NCBI GenBank assembly: GCA_965215515.1
Contig: OZ244057.1
Location: 1,152,001 to 1,216,000 of the forward strand
DNA: 64,000 nt
Direction of reading: 5' to 3'
Source: Oligoflexales bacterium
GTDB lineage: Bacteria > Bdellovibrionota_B > Oligoflexia > Oligoflexales > JAPPIL01
The stretch's first letter is position 1. Each line of letters opens with the position of its first letter. Position numbers and translations under genes: made by a program. Below are positions 39,910 through 50,202 of the stretch, one piece after another. The notes beneath the pieces are model-generated. The model searched no databases, was not told the DNA's origin, and saw nothing but the letters and a program-made list of their open reading frames with translations.

Positions 39910-40793
39910 ATGGCATCCCTACCGCGCAAAGAAACATGCAGTTTTTGCAGTGCCACGAAAGCGTAGTGCGAAGTGGCCATCAGCTCACGACCAGGCACGA
40001 AGATATACCTCTGCTGCTTAACCGCCCGCATGTGCTTCCAACCTGAGGTTCTGTTCAAACGTGCGATGGCCGCTTGTCGTCGGTAGATGCCCGTCGGAAT
40101 GACGATAACATCTGGTTGGAGGGTGGCTAAAATTTCCGCGCTGAGCACACGGAAGCCACGAATTTTCCGCTGCGCGGCAAGGTTTATCCCCCCCGCCGCG
40201 GTGACAAGTGCATCGAACAACGTGCCTCGCCCCATCACCGTATTGTCGGCAAAAAAATTCAACACCCGCGGTCGCCGCCGAGGACGGCTGGTCACGATGT
40301 GCACCAACGTCTCCCGCAACTGTTTAATCAGTATCCGAGCACGAGGTTGTGCACCTACCCTCTTGCCGAGCTGCGCGATGTTCGCTAAAATGTGCTCCAG
40401 CCGTGTGGCTTTTTTTAATACCAGGGTGGCGATGCCCAGATGTTGCGCGAGATTGACGAACTCAGGACGGTTGAACACCGAGTAGATGATCAGATCAGGA
40501 CGCAGACTGATGACATGCTCGACACTGGTCGCACGCAGCGTCGCAGGCAAGCGCGGTAGGTGATGGATGTTGCTGTGCAGCTTGTTTTTCGCTAGAGCAG
40601 AGACCGCCCGCAAACGCGGTGTGTCGCCGATGAGCGCGACGAGAATTTCGTCGGCAGTCAACGCGGTCGAGACGACACGCTGTGGTATGGTGGCGGACAA
40701 GACACCGCTCAGGCAACAAAGGAACAGCATGAATACACGGTGCGCAGCACACGGCAGAGTTTTTTTTGCTAAGGCAGCAACCAGCATGCGCAC
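39906..40793 (-). CDS. BtuF-like cobalamin/iron ABC substrate-binding protein
   Basis: PQRVVS, E.VISLRPDLI, AGGINLA, LQPDVI. Confidence 0.8.
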   Translation of the reverse strand: MRMLVAALAKKTLPCAAHRVFMLFLCCLSGVLSATIPQRVVSTALTADEILVALIGDTPRLRAVSALAKNKLHSNIHHLPRLPATLRATSVEHVISLRPDLIIYSVFNRPEFVNLAQHLGIATLVLKKATRLEHILANIAQLGKRVGAQPRARILIKQLRETLVHIVTSRPRRRPRVLNFFADNTVMGRGTLFDALVTAAGGINLAAQRKIRGFRVLSAEILATLQPDVIVIPTGIYRRQAAIARLNRTSGWKHMRAVKQQRYIFVPGRELMATSHYAFVALQKLHVSLRGRDAI

Positions 40794-40838
40794 AGTCTAT
40801 CGCAGGCACGTGCCACGAGCAACGGCGGAGGGCAGACG

Positions 40839-41813
40839 ATGATCGCAGTGCGTGGTCTTGCCAAGTACTACGGGGCTTACCAGGCCATCACGGCACTCGA
40901 CTTTACCGTCGCACGCGGTGAGATCATCGGTCTGCTCGGTCTTAACGGGGCAGGCAAAAGCACTGTGCTGAAAATTCTCGGTGCATTTCTCGTCCCCTCC
41001 GCGGGCTATGCCGAGGTTGCAGGCTGCTCGATCGCCGACAATCCCCGCGGGGTGCGAAGGGCTATCGGATTTCTCCCCGACAGTCCTCCCCTCTATCGGG
41101 AGATGAGTGTCGCAGCCTTTCTTGCCTACGTGCTGCGTCTGAAAGTCGGCTACATCGGTCGTGCCGCTTTGGAACGCCACCGCGATGAGGCCCTCGACCG
41201 TACGGCCTTGAACAGCGAACGCCACCGTCTTCTCGGCGAACTGTCGCACGGTTTCGCCCAGCGAGTAGGGATTGCCCAAGCCATCATTCACAAACCACCC
41301 GTGCTCATTCTCGATGAACCCATCAACGGTCTCGACCCCGTGCAGATCGTCGAAATGCGTGACCTGATCTTATCTTTCCGCCATGAGCACACGGTGATCC
41401 TCTCCAGCCATATCCTGTCAGAAATTACCCGCACCTGTGATCGTATTCTCATTCTCGATCGAGGACGACTGATCGCACAAGGCACAGAGGCAGAGTTGGC
41501 GAAAAAGATGCGTCGCAGCAAAACCATCACCGCCCACACCGCCCAAGACCCGCAGACAGCGGTCGCGACCCTCCACAAACTCGACGGGGTGGAAGAGATT
41601 AACGTGCAAAAAAGTGTGCACCGCGGATACGAGATAACCCTACGCACCGCTGCCGACGTGCGTGCTCAGGCAGCAAAACAACTGGTAGTCCACGATCTGC
41701 TCGCCCTCAACACCGCCGAGGCAGGACTTGAGTCACTGTTCGTGCAGCTAGTCGGCGGCAAGGAACGAGCAGACAAGGTAGGCGAGAAAGCGAGGGAGAA
41801 TGATACGGGGTAG
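40839..41813 (+). CDS. ABC transporter ATPase (GldA-like)
   Basis: GLNGAGKST, LSHGFAQR, LILDEP, SSH. Confidence 0.9.
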   Translation: MIAVRGLAKYYGAYQAITALDFTVARGEIIGLLGLNGAGKSTVLKILGAFLVPSAGYAEVAGCSIADNPRGVRRAIGFLPDSPPLYREMSVAAFLAYVLRLKVGYIGRAALERHRDEALDRTALNSERHRLLGELSHGFAQRVGIAQAIIHKPPVLILDEPINGLDPVQIVEMRDLILSFRHEHTVILSSHILSEITRTCDRILILDRGRLIAQGTEAELAKKMRRSKTITAHTAQDPQTAVATLHKLDGVEEINVQKSVHRGYEITLRTAADVRAQAAKQLVVHDLLALNTAEAGLESLFVQLVGGKERADKVGEKARENDTG

Positions 41814-42528
41814 GTTGATCGTCAAGCGAGAGCTGCTGGCCTTCTTCGGTACGTGGAGCGGCTACATTATCGTGGCCCTGGCCTTGCTGATCGAAGGCTT
41901 GCTGTTCAATGCTTTTGCACTCGGTAACAAACCGAAATTTTCTGCGGAAGTGTTGTCGGCGTTTTTTTATTTTTCCAGCGGGATCACAATGGTGGCAGCA
42001 CTTTTTCTCGCCATGCGTCTGATCGCCGAAGAAAGACAAGCAGGCACGATCGTGCTGTTCTTCACCTCGCCGCTGTCCGAGCGGGAACTGATTTACGGTA
42101 AATTTCTCTCGGCCTTTATCTTCCTCACCATCATGCACGTTATCTCGCTTTACATGCCTATATTGATTCTCATCAACGGGAAGATTTCGTTGGGGCATCT
42201 CGCCGCGGGGTACCTCGGCTTGAGTTTAATCGGGGCCGCGACCCTCGCCCTCGCCCTTTTCTGTTCCACCATCGCTGCTGGTCAACTGATCGCGGGCATT
42301 ATGGCCACTTGTTTGCTGGTGACGATGCTGATCATGTGGATATTGTCAGGTGTCGTTGAAGAACCATTCAAGGGACTGTTCTCCTACTTGGCACTGCACA
42401 ACGACCACTTCAACCCCTTCAGCAAGGGTCTGGTTAACAGCAAGCATATCGTTTACTACCTGAGCGTGATGGTCTTTTTTCTCGAAGCCAGCGTGCGCGT
42501 GCTCAAAGTGCGGAGGTGGCAAGGATGA
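41800..42528 (+). CDS. ABC-2 permease (GldF-like)
   Basis: MRLIAEERQAGTI.L.FTSP...GKFL; multiple TM segments. Confidence 0.88.
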   Translation: MIRGRLIVKRELLAFFGTWSGYIIVALALLIEGLLFNAFALGNKPKFSAEVLSAFFYFSSGITMVAALFLAMRLIAEERQAGTIVLFFTSPLSERELIYGKFLSAFIFLTIMHVISLYMPILILINGKISLGHLAAGYLGLSLIGAATLALALFCSTIAAGQLIAGIMATCLLVTMLIMWILSGVVEEPFKGLFSYLALHNDHFNPFSKGLVNSKHIVYYLSVMVFFLEASVRVLKVRRWQG

Positions 42529-44387
42529 ATTGGCTGCGGCTGCTCTCGGTGATTGTCGGAACACTGCTCTACTACGTAGCCATGCGTTACTTCGCTAGCA
42601 GTGATTATTTCTGGCATATGCTCGATACAGGCTTAGTGCTTGTCGGTAGCGGGTTGTTATTTACGTGGCTGCATCTGCGTCGTTGCCAGCGCCAAGGCTT
42701 GCAAGGTGAGGCACACAGCTACCGCTACACGTTGGTCTGGCAAGGCCTGCTGCTTTTTGCTCTGCTCACCCATGTGGCCTACTTTTGGCTGACCGAAGAC
42801 GCACCGCAGATAGATACCCTGCTCAAGAAAGTGCTGTTGGTATTGTGGCTACTGTCCTTGATCGTCGCCTTGAGCATTGCCATCGGTATGGAGACAAGCT
42901 TGCACGCGAACGGGCGGGGGCGTTTTGGCGAGCCGCCGCGCGTGCTAAAATCAGGCCTAGGTTGGTCGCTGGTGGGGATCATGCTGGCCATCTTGCTCAA
43001 CATCAACTACCTCGCAGTAGAGCACAACCACGTCTCCGATTGGAGTTACCTCAAAGTCACCTCCGTCAGTAACACCACACGGGCGATGGTTGACGATCTC
43101 GAGCAACCACTGGAGGTCTACGCTTTCCTCACGCAAGACGACGAGGTCTATCCCTTCGTCAACGAATATCTCGCATCGTTGGCCGCGACGAGCAAAAATA
43201 TCACCGTCAAGATACTCGACAAGGACATCAGCCCTGTGCGGGCAGAAACCTTTCGCGTGCACCGCAACGGCAACCTTGTCCTGACCCACGCGCAGGAAAC
43301 CACCGCTGAAACCACCGCTAAGACCAGCTCGCCGCCCTACGAAAAAATATATCTCGGCACGGAGCTGCGCATCGCCCGTGCCAAGTTGCGCGGGATGGAT
43401 GCCTGGCTGCAAAAGGCATTGCTCCAACTTTTATCCGATCCGCGCAAAGTTTACTTTACGCGTGGCCACGGCGAATTTACTTGGGACTATCAACGTGACC
43501 CACGCCGTGCATTGCGAGTCATGCGTTCGCTGTTGAAAAAACAAAACTTTCGTTTGCGTGAGCTAGGACTCGCTAAGGGTAGCGGGCGTGCCTTGCCTGA
43601 CGATGTCGGTTTAGTGATTGTGGCAGGGCCGACGGACGCTTTCCTGCGCGAAGAAGTGAATGCCCTCCGCACCTACCTCGCCGCAGGTGGTAAGGCGATG
43701 GTGTTGCTCGATGTCGAACGTGCTACAGGCTTAGCGAGCACCACACTCGACACCTACCCGCTGCTAAATTTTTTGCGTGACGAGGTAGGCTTGCAGTTTA
43801 GGGCGGAGGTGTTGGCCAACGACCGCAGCTATGTGGTTGCAACGAAAAGCAAAACCGATCGCTGGTTTCTGTTCAGCAATAACTTTACCACCCACGCAGC
43901 GGTAGCGACGATGGCAGATTACGATGAGCAGGTGGCGGTATTGTTTTTTCAAAGCGGCTACTTCACCGTACAGGGTGGCAACGGAGAGTGGCAGACACAA
44001 GCCGCGATGAAAACTTTACCCAGCACCTTTGTCGATAAAAATAAAAACTTTACTTTCGATAAAGACAGCGAAACACGTGCGTCTTTCGATATCTGTGCCG
44101 CGGCGGAGTGGCGAGAAAAGGGCGGCCGCATCTTCGCGTGTGCCGATGCCACCTTAGCCGCCGATCTATTCATGCAGGGGGCGGGGAACAAACTGCTGTT
44201 CATCGACAGCTTACAGTGGTTGATGGGCGACAAGTATCGTGGCGGTACGTCGTCCGAAGAAGACGAAAAAATTATCCACAGCCGCGAGGAAGACTTGGCG
44301 GTATTCTACAGCACTATCGTCGCGGTGCCCTTACTGCTGTTGGGCGCGGGCACGTTGGCAACTAGACGCAGAAAGAGGCGAGCATGA
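42525..44387 (+). CDS. GldG-like ABC auxiliary membrane protein
   Basis: N-terminal TMs; KVYFTRGHGE, IVAGP, YLAAGGK; C-terminal TM. Confidence 0.82.
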   Translation: MNWLRLLSVIVGTLLYYVAMRYFASSDYFWHMLDTGLVLVGSGLLFTWLHLRRCQRQGLQGEAHSYRYTLVWQGLLLFALLTHVAYFWLTEDAPQIDTLLKKVLLVLWLLSLIVALSIAIGMETSLHANGRGRFGEPPRVLKSGLGWSLVGIMLAILLNINYLAVEHNHVSDWSYLKVTSVSNTTRAMVDDLEQPLEVYAFLTQDDEVYPFVNEYLASLAATSKNITVKILDKDISPVRAETFRVHRNGNLVLTHAQETTAETTAKTSSPPYEKIYLGTELRIARAKLRGMDAWLQKALLQLLSDPRKVYFTRGHGEFTWDYQRDPRRALRVMRSLLKKQNFRLRELGLAKGSGRALPDDVGLVIVAGPTDAFLREEVNALRTYLAAGGKAMVLLDVERATGLASTTLDTYPLLNFLRDEVGLQFRAEVLANDRSYVVATKSKTDRWFLFSNNFTTHAAVATMADYDEQVAVLFFQSGYFTVQGGNGEWQTQAAMKTLPSTFVDKNKNFTFDKDSETRASFDICAAAEWREKGGRIFACADATLAADLFMQGAGNKLLFIDSLQWLMGDKYRGGTSSEEDEKIIHSREEDLAVFYSTIVAVPLLLLGAGTLATRRRKRRA

Positions 44388-45397
44388 GCAGGGAGTACGT
44401 CGTCTACATGTCGTTGTTGGTGTTGAGTCTCGTCGCCGCGTACCTGTCCTCGATCGCCGACAAGACGGTGGGTGAACGAGCGAAGATAACGGTCTTCAGC
44501 GTAGCGGCCGCGGACCTCGAGGAGGGGCACTACTACACGGAAGAGAGGGATTTTAGTCTACTGCGAGCCAGCGACGGTCAGCGTTTAATCGTCAGGCAAG
44601 TGCAACGCAGTAAACACAAAAGAAACGACGCGGTTGAGAGCGTGCCACAGGAAACCAAATCTATCTTTCTTGCCAAGGAGGATTTTGCTGCGGTGTTTGC
44701 TGATTTTACGCCATTGCTAGCTAAACGCAACTTGGGCAAGGCGACTGAGATCGATCTAGAGGTGTTCGGGCTACAGGAGGGTGTGCGAGCACGGCTGGTA
44801 TTGAAAACGAAGGCTAAGCATATCGAGTTGCAGGTGGGCAAGAAGAGCTATGGCAGTGCGGAGTTTTACGTGCAATATGATGGCACGGTGTATCTCGTCG
44901 TCGGGCGCAGTCTTGATAAAATTGCCCGTGCACGGGCACTGTTGTTTGAGGAGCGGTTGTTGGCGGTTGCCTTCACCGATGGAATGACGGCGGAGCTGCA
45001 AGCCGATGGTAACAGGATGATAGCAGAACTGCAGGGCACGTTGGCGGAGTTACGGCACGGACGAGCACACGGCCCCGACGATGGCAAGTGGTTGGTAGAC
45101 GGGAAGGAACAGCAGCAGTTTGCTAATTGGCTGCGACGCTTGCGGGCGATGGAGGTGATGGCCTATCGCGAGCAGTTACCCGCGGCGGCTAAAGAACTGA
45201 TGGTGCTTACCTTGCGACAAGACGATGATGAGCTAGAGAGCTTACGCTTTTGGCATTGGCAGACTGCGGCGAAGGCAGATGTCTACTGTGTGCGCAGTAA
45301 ATCCAGCGGCGATCTTTATGCCGAGTTGCCCGCGGGGCGCATGACGCAGTTACGTCATGATCTGCACCGTGGTGTGTTTATGCAGGCAGCGCGGTAG
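44384..45397 (+). CDS. DUF4340-like protein
   Basis: FGL, LQVGK, VYLV pattern; last gene of the Gld-like operon; ATGA overlap. Confidence 0.65.
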   Translation: MSREYVVYMSLLVLSLVAAYLSSIADKTVGERAKITVFSVAAADLEEGHYYTEERDFSLLRASDGQRLIVRQVQRSKHKRNDAVESVPQETKSIFLAKEDFAAVFADFTPLLAKRNLGKATEIDLEVFGLQEGVRARLVLKTKAKHIELQVGKKSYGSAEFYVQYDGTVYLVVGRSLDKIARARALLFEERLLAVAFTDGMTAELQADGNRMIAELQGTLAELRHGRAHGPDDGKWLVDGKEQQQFANWLRRLRAMEVMAYREQLPAAAKELMVLTLRQDDDELESLRFWHWQTAAKADVYCVRSKSSGDLYAELPAGRMTQLRHDLHRGVFMQAAR

Positions 45398-46022
45398 GGT
45401 GGAAATCGACCAGTCTAGTGTCGGGATGGGCAATCTTGCTACTGCTGCCGAAAACGTGCACGGTAATCAGCCCCGCCTTCACCGCGGCAGCTTCAGCGTG
45501 GTTGCTCGCTTGCGCGTAGGCTAAACAACCGAAGATACGCTTACCCTCGCAGCGAGGCAAAAGAATATGCGGTGACGATGCTTGCCAGCGCGGGAAATTG
45601 TGCAAATACTTGGCAACGAATCTACCCACATCCTCGTGGCTTAGGGTTACCTTAGTCTCGATAACGACGATGTCGCGTTTGCCGCTGGCAATAATGTCGA
45701 TTTCACCCAACTCCTCCTTCCCGTCTGTCTGTACCTGTACCTCGACGTTGGGCACGAGATGGGTGACATCGAGGTCGGCGTATCCTTCTAGGGTGTCGAT
45801 GATACCAGATTCGATGGCGAACTCAGCCAACTTCCCCAACTTGCGGGAAAGCTCTCCCATCTTGACGGCCCACTCGCGACGGTCAGCTTCCCGTTTAGCC
45901 TCGTAATCCTTGCGGTCAGCTTCCCGTTCCGCCACACGTGCCTTGCGCTCGGCATCCAGAGCAGCTTCGAAACGATCGAGCTTTTCTTCCAATGACAGAG
46001 GTTTTTTTTTCTTGTCATCCAT
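45378..46022 (-). CDS. Coiled-coil + PD-(D/E)XK-like protein (DUF3782-like)
   Basis: READR repeats; EIDIIA...VVIETK; GGAGG RBS. Confidence 0.65.
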   Translation of the reverse strand: MDDKKKKPLSLEEKLDRFEAALDAERKARVAEREADRKDYEAKREADRREWAVKMGELSRKLGKLAEFAIESGIIDTLEGYADLDVTHLVPNVEVQVQTDGKEELGEIDIIASGKRDIVVIETKVTLSHEDVGRFVAKYLHNFPRWQASSPHILLPRCEGKRIFGCLAYAQASNHAEAAAVKAGLITVHVFGSSSKIAHPDTRLVDFHPTALPA

Positions 46023-46064
46023 CGGTGTTCCTCCCTCACGCGCGCTGCTTTGCTCATACACGGA

Positions 46065-47219
46065 CTAGAGCAGCACGAAGTCGACGTGTCCTTTGCCGAC
46101 TGGCTTGAGGTTGATTCTGATTAACAGAGGGCGACCGTCTTTGTCGAAGTCACATTGCCCGAACGGAAAATTGCCTAACCTGGGGGCGGAAGCACTGAGC
46201 TTAAAGGAAAACTCAACCCTGCGATATCGCACCACCTTCCTGTGCGTGTCGTCCACCGCCGCGGACAGCGAGAACCTCTCTTTGTGACCGAGCATATCGA
46301 ACTCATAGTTGAAATAACGTGGCTCGTAGAGACGTAGCAGAGTCTTCGCCAACAAAAGCCTGGCTTGTTTCAAGGTGGACACATGCATGACTATTTCCTT
46401 GAATACATCCCCGCGCCCTTGACCGTCTTTGCCACGCACCCTGAACGATGGCACTGAAGGCTGCGGATCACGCTTTAGCCGAGGGTTAACACTGCGATAG
46501 ATAGCGACCGCCTGTGCGTAGAGTGTTGCACTGTCAAAATCTCTCTTTACCGCGGCGCGCAGCGCATCTCGTCGGTAGATAACACTCTCCCTGAGAGCCG
46601 CCGTTCTCGCATCGATCTCTTTACGTACCGCCGTGAGGTTAGTGCGCAGCTGCTTGCCCGCAAACGACACTTGGCTATACTGGCTCAACCTGTCAAACCC
46701 ATAATCACCGCTGTCGATGACATGCAACTTGCTGAAGGAAGGATAAACCGCCTTCCCCGCAGTCATCAGCTGACGTTCAAGCTGAGCAATCCCCCACAAC
46801 AGATCGTCGCTAGCCTTAAGCGTCCGCCTGTGGACACGAGCAAGATGGCGAAGATACAGCGGCAACGTAAACATGTTGTAGACAGGCGACTGGTGCGGTG
46901 CCGTGTAAGAACGGTCAAGCCTGTACACCTCACTGTTCCCACCGAAGGCAATATTTACATCCGTATTGATCTTACCCCTTACCACGATGCCATCATCGGC
47001 GGGCGAGGATTGCAAATGCAGCTGCCCCACCTCCCCTCGTGCAAGACGCACCTCAGCTAACCCTTCGACGGCAACAAAATTGATGCTGTATGCATAACGC
47101 AGCTTCTCGGCCGTAGACTTTTTTTCCGCAAAAGGATTGGGGAAATCCTTGCACGCAGCCCACCAAACCGACACGGCACCGACAAAAGACAACACCACAA
47201 CCGCATGCACGACAACCAA
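46065..47219 (-). CDS. Hypothetical membrane-anchored/lipoprotein
   Basis: Hydrophobic N-terminus ending WAAC; long ORF. Confidence 0.55.
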   Translation of the reverse strand: MVVVHAVVVLSFVGAVSVWWAACKDFPNPFAEKKSTAEKLRYAYSINFVAVEGLAEVRLARGEVGQLHLQSSPADDGIVVRGKINTDVNIAFGGNSEVYRLDRSYTAPHQSPVYNMFTLPLYLRHLARVHRRTLKASDDLLWGIAQLERQLMTAGKAVYPSFSKLHVIDSGDYGFDRLSQYSQVSFAGKQLRTNLTAVRKEIDARTAALRESVIYRRDALRAAVKRDFDSATLYAQAVAIYRSVNPRLKRDPQPSVPSFRVRGKDGQGRGDVFKEIVMHVSTLKQARLLLAKTLLRLYEPRYFNYEFDMLGHKERFSLSAAVDDTHRKVVRYRRVEFSFKLSASAPRLGNFPFGQCDFDKDGRPLLIRINLKPVGKGHVDFVLL

Positions 47220-47282
47220 CCCTCCGCCTGACCTCTACCACTAATATACCGCCACCCGTGGCGGTATGCTATACTTGAATAA

Positions 47283-48503
47283 GTGAAACACCTAGACGCG
47301 GGAACTTCCGTGCTAACCGCTGCTACGCACCACGCCTGCTTCGCTGCACTGCTGTGTCTGATGCCGACGGCAGCTGGTGCCGCACAGCCACCCACACCCG
47401 TTAAACAACCGCCCTTCCCCCTCAACAACCCTGACTGCTTCTCCTACCGCACCAGCTTGCCTGGCCAAAAATTTTATTTTGACAGTAAAAATATAATTTA
47501 CTCCCTAGTCAATACAGGAATTAGATCCAAAATTAATTTTGAAATTCCACTGTACAAGCATATCGTTATAAAAATTAACATGAACGATAATAATCTCATA
47601 ATTATCAAAGAGTTAACCGCCGACATGCCCGCGGGAGTGTTGTTTTTTCCTTTTGGCAATCCGCCGAATGATTGGTCAGGGGTGTTGTTCGAGGGGAGTG
47701 CACACGAATGTCGTTATGGCAAAGCACGCTTCTTCCGCAGTTCTCCGCACCGCAACAAAAAAATATCCGCGTATGAGAAAACCATCGCGCTGGTGTCTTC
47801 GACGAAGAATCCTCGTCCTTTCGACTTAGGTTCACGATACATGATGAGCATGGATGTGCGGCGTTTACAGTTTCGTAGATTGCGCCGCAACGTGCCGTTA
47901 GGGGAAGTGCCGATTTATAGCGATGAGCGACGACGGTTGTTCTTCACGTTCGCCGAGAGTCCCAGTTTTCGTGGTATCATCGACCGTTCGACGCTCAGCG
48001 AGCGACGACTAGCGTTCCCCCCAGGCAGTCGTGTGCTACAACAGCGCAGTGCCTTTGCCCTCAGTTCCGTCAATCGTGCCACCAACACCATGGAGATCGA
48101 AGAATACCCCAAGTGGTCAGGGGCAAAAGCACGTAAGAAACGCTACCGTTTGCAACTGCCCAGTTTTTACAGTTTGGTCGAATCACAGGTAGTGGTCGAT
48201 ATGAGGAAAAAAATAGTAGCCATCGGTGGTGCCAGCTTGCTAGCCAAACGTAAATGGCGCAAAGTTTTTTTCATCGACTACCGTCGCGGCAAACAACTGG
48301 CAGTGCTTAACGTCGAGGAACACCTCCTCGCTGATAGCGTGGCGGTCGATCCTTTCGGACTGTACATGGCGATCAACGTCGTGCGTGAAACAGACGGTAA
48401 AACCGCTTACCTTGCCCTTTTCGATCTCTCTAAACGCAAGTTGCGGAAGGTCGCGCTGCGCCCCGTAGCACGTCGCAAGAACACACAACCCCCGCGCCGC
48501 TAG
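47283..48503 (+). CDS. Hypothetical exported protein, possibly beta-propeller
   Basis: Signal-like N-terminus; AVDPFG..MAI-type strand pattern. Confidence 0.55.
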   Translation: MKHLDAGTSVLTAATHHACFAALLCLMPTAAGAAQPPTPVKQPPFPLNNPDCFSYRTSLPGQKFYFDSKNIIYSLVNTGIRSKINFEIPLYKHIVIKINMNDNNLIIIKELTADMPAGVLFFPFGNPPNDWSGVLFEGSAHECRYGKARFFRSSPHRNKKISAYEKTIALVSSTKNPRPFDLGSRYMMSMDVRRLQFRRLRRNVPLGEVPIYSDERRRLFFTFAESPSFRGIIDRSTLSERRLAFPPGSRVLQQRSAFALSSVNRATNTMEIEEYPKWSGAKARKKRYRLQLPSFYSLVESQVVVDMRKKIVAIGGASLLAKRKWRKVFFIDYRRGKQLAVLNVEEHLLADSVAVDPFGLYMAINVVRETDGKTAYLALFDLSKRKLRKVALRPVARRKNTQPPRR

Positions 48504-48595
48504 GCGGCATCGAATAAGCCCGCTTAGCTGCAACATACCGCTATCACCTCAGCTTGCGCACTCCTCGGCAAGCATCTACAACTGTTACCCGCACC

Positions 48596-50059
48596 TCAAT
48601 CCGTACGCGGGAAAGGGGCGAGACGCGCCGCTGACTTGTCCTCTTCGTGATACTCAGCTTCACCGTGCAACTGCCATACATCGTGGACTGCCTTCCCCGC
48701 GAGAATGTTGTCTACCGTCAACATCGCAGTCAGCATCGAGTGGTCTTGATTGTTGTAACGATGCATCCCATTGCGCCCCACGAGATGTAGGGTAGGGTAG
48801 GTAGTCGCCAGTGCATCACGAATAACAGCGACATGCTGAGCGTAATGGTGATCGTAGACAGGGTAAGCTTTGGGTTGCCGCACGACGAACCCATCGTGCA
48901 CATCACCACGCGCGGCCAAGCCTAGCGTGACCAGCTCAGCCGTAGCAAAGGTGATCAGGTCGCGGTCTGTCCTGCTCCACAGCTCATCTCCGACAGCGAC
49001 AAAATATTCTAGACCGTAGCAGTTGCGCCGTGCGTCGGGAATCATCTCTGGCGACCAAGCCTTCATGTTCTGAATACGCCCGACCTGTACCTGTGGGTCA
49101 TGCACATAAATCCAGTTATCGTCGAAAGTTTGGCGGTCGGTCGCGATCAAGGCAACGACCATGAAGTCGCGATAACGCAGTGCCTGTGCGGCAGCCACCA
49201 CCTCATCGTCGAGGTGAGGAGTGAGCATCGCGACCAGTTCCTGCATGGCTAGCGAAGAGATTACGCGCGCTCCCTGATAGTGCTGTTCTCTCCCCTCCGC
49301 GTCCCGTGTGCTTACTTCCCATCTGCCATGCTCGTGACGTAAGGCGACGACGCGCCGCCCCAGACATACCTGTCCCCCCTGTGCAGTAATTTTTTCCCCC
49401 ATCCGTTCCCACATCATGCCACAGCCACGACGGGGATAGTGGAACGCATCGATCAAGGTTGTGTGCACCGTCTCACCTTTACGTCCTAACAGAGCATCAC
49501 GTATTGCCGCCCGCAGCGAAAAATCCTTAATCCGTTGCGCCGCCCAATCCGCAGAGATAGCAGAGCATGGCATCCCCCACACTTTCTCGGTGTAGGACTG
49601 AAAAAAAATACGGTACAGACGGCGACCGAAACGATTGCAGATGAACTGTTCGAAGTTTGTCGGGTGCTTGTGCGGTCGCAATAGTGCCCCCAAATAGGAT
49701 AGTACACAGCTGGTGGCGGCAAACATGCCGAGATTGCGCAGCGCATTGCTGGCTCGCAGAGGGTAGTCGAAGAAACGCCCGTCGTAGTAAATACGAGACT
49801 TACGGCGGCGGTGGATGAAATCCGCGCCGAGTAGCGCGTGCCACAACTCGTTGACCCGCTCCGATTTGGTGAAGAAGCGATGCCCGCCGATGTCGAGCCT
49901 AAACCCCTCATGCACAACAGTGCGGGCGATCCCGCCAAGATGACGCGGCTCGGCCTCTAGCACGATAACAGGCAAGCCCTGCGCACTCAGCTGATACGCC
50001 GCGGTCAGCCCCGCGGGGCCGCCGCCCAAACAGATGGTTGTCGGTTGTCGCGATGGCAA
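48596..50059 (-). CDS. FAD-dependent oxidoreductase (amine oxidase/UDP-galactopyranose-mutase-like family)
   Basis: GGGPAGL, DIGGHRFFTK, WAAQRI, GRNGMHRYNNQDHSM. Confidence 0.88.
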   Translation of the reverse strand: MPSRQPTTICLGGGPAGLTAAYQLSAQGLPVIVLEAEPRHLGGIARTVVHEGFRLDIGGHRFFTKSERVNELWHALLGADFIHRRRKSRIYYDGRFFDYPLRASNALRNLGMFAATSCVLSYLGALLRPHKHPTNFEQFICNRFGRRLYRIFFQSYTEKVWGMPCSAISADWAAQRIKDFSLRAAIRDALLGRKGETVHTTLIDAFHYPRRGCGMMWERMGEKITAQGGQVCLGRRVVALRHEHGRWEVSTRDAEGREQHYQGARVISSLAMQELVAMLTPHLDDEVVAAAQALRYRDFMVVALIATDRQTFDDNWIYVHDPQVQVGRIQNMKAWSPEMIPDARRNCYGLEYFVAVGDELWSRTDRDLITFATAELVTLGLAARGDVHDGFVVRQPKAYPVYDHHYAQHVAVIRDALATTYPTLHLVGRNGMHRYNNQDHSMLTAMLTVDNILAGKAVHDVWQLHGEAEYHEEDKSAARLAPFPRTD

Positions 50060-50132
50060 GTGCCTAGCCTAACAAAGATCACTAGCCTATCATTATAGCA
50101 AAAATCAACCATACCACCTATAGAGCACTCGT

Positions 50133-50202
50133 CCTGAGTTCTGTGGATGGAGTGCTTAATTTAATTTTTTGGGCAACAGAAGGCCTGATTTTGCGGTGTT
50201 TT
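50133..50202 (+). mobile_element. IS1634-like left-end stub (70 bp)
   Basis: Similar to 12091-12160: CCTGAGTTC.GTGG...CTTAATTTAATTTTTTGGGC...GAAGGCCTGATTTTGCGGTGTTTT. Confidence 0.85.
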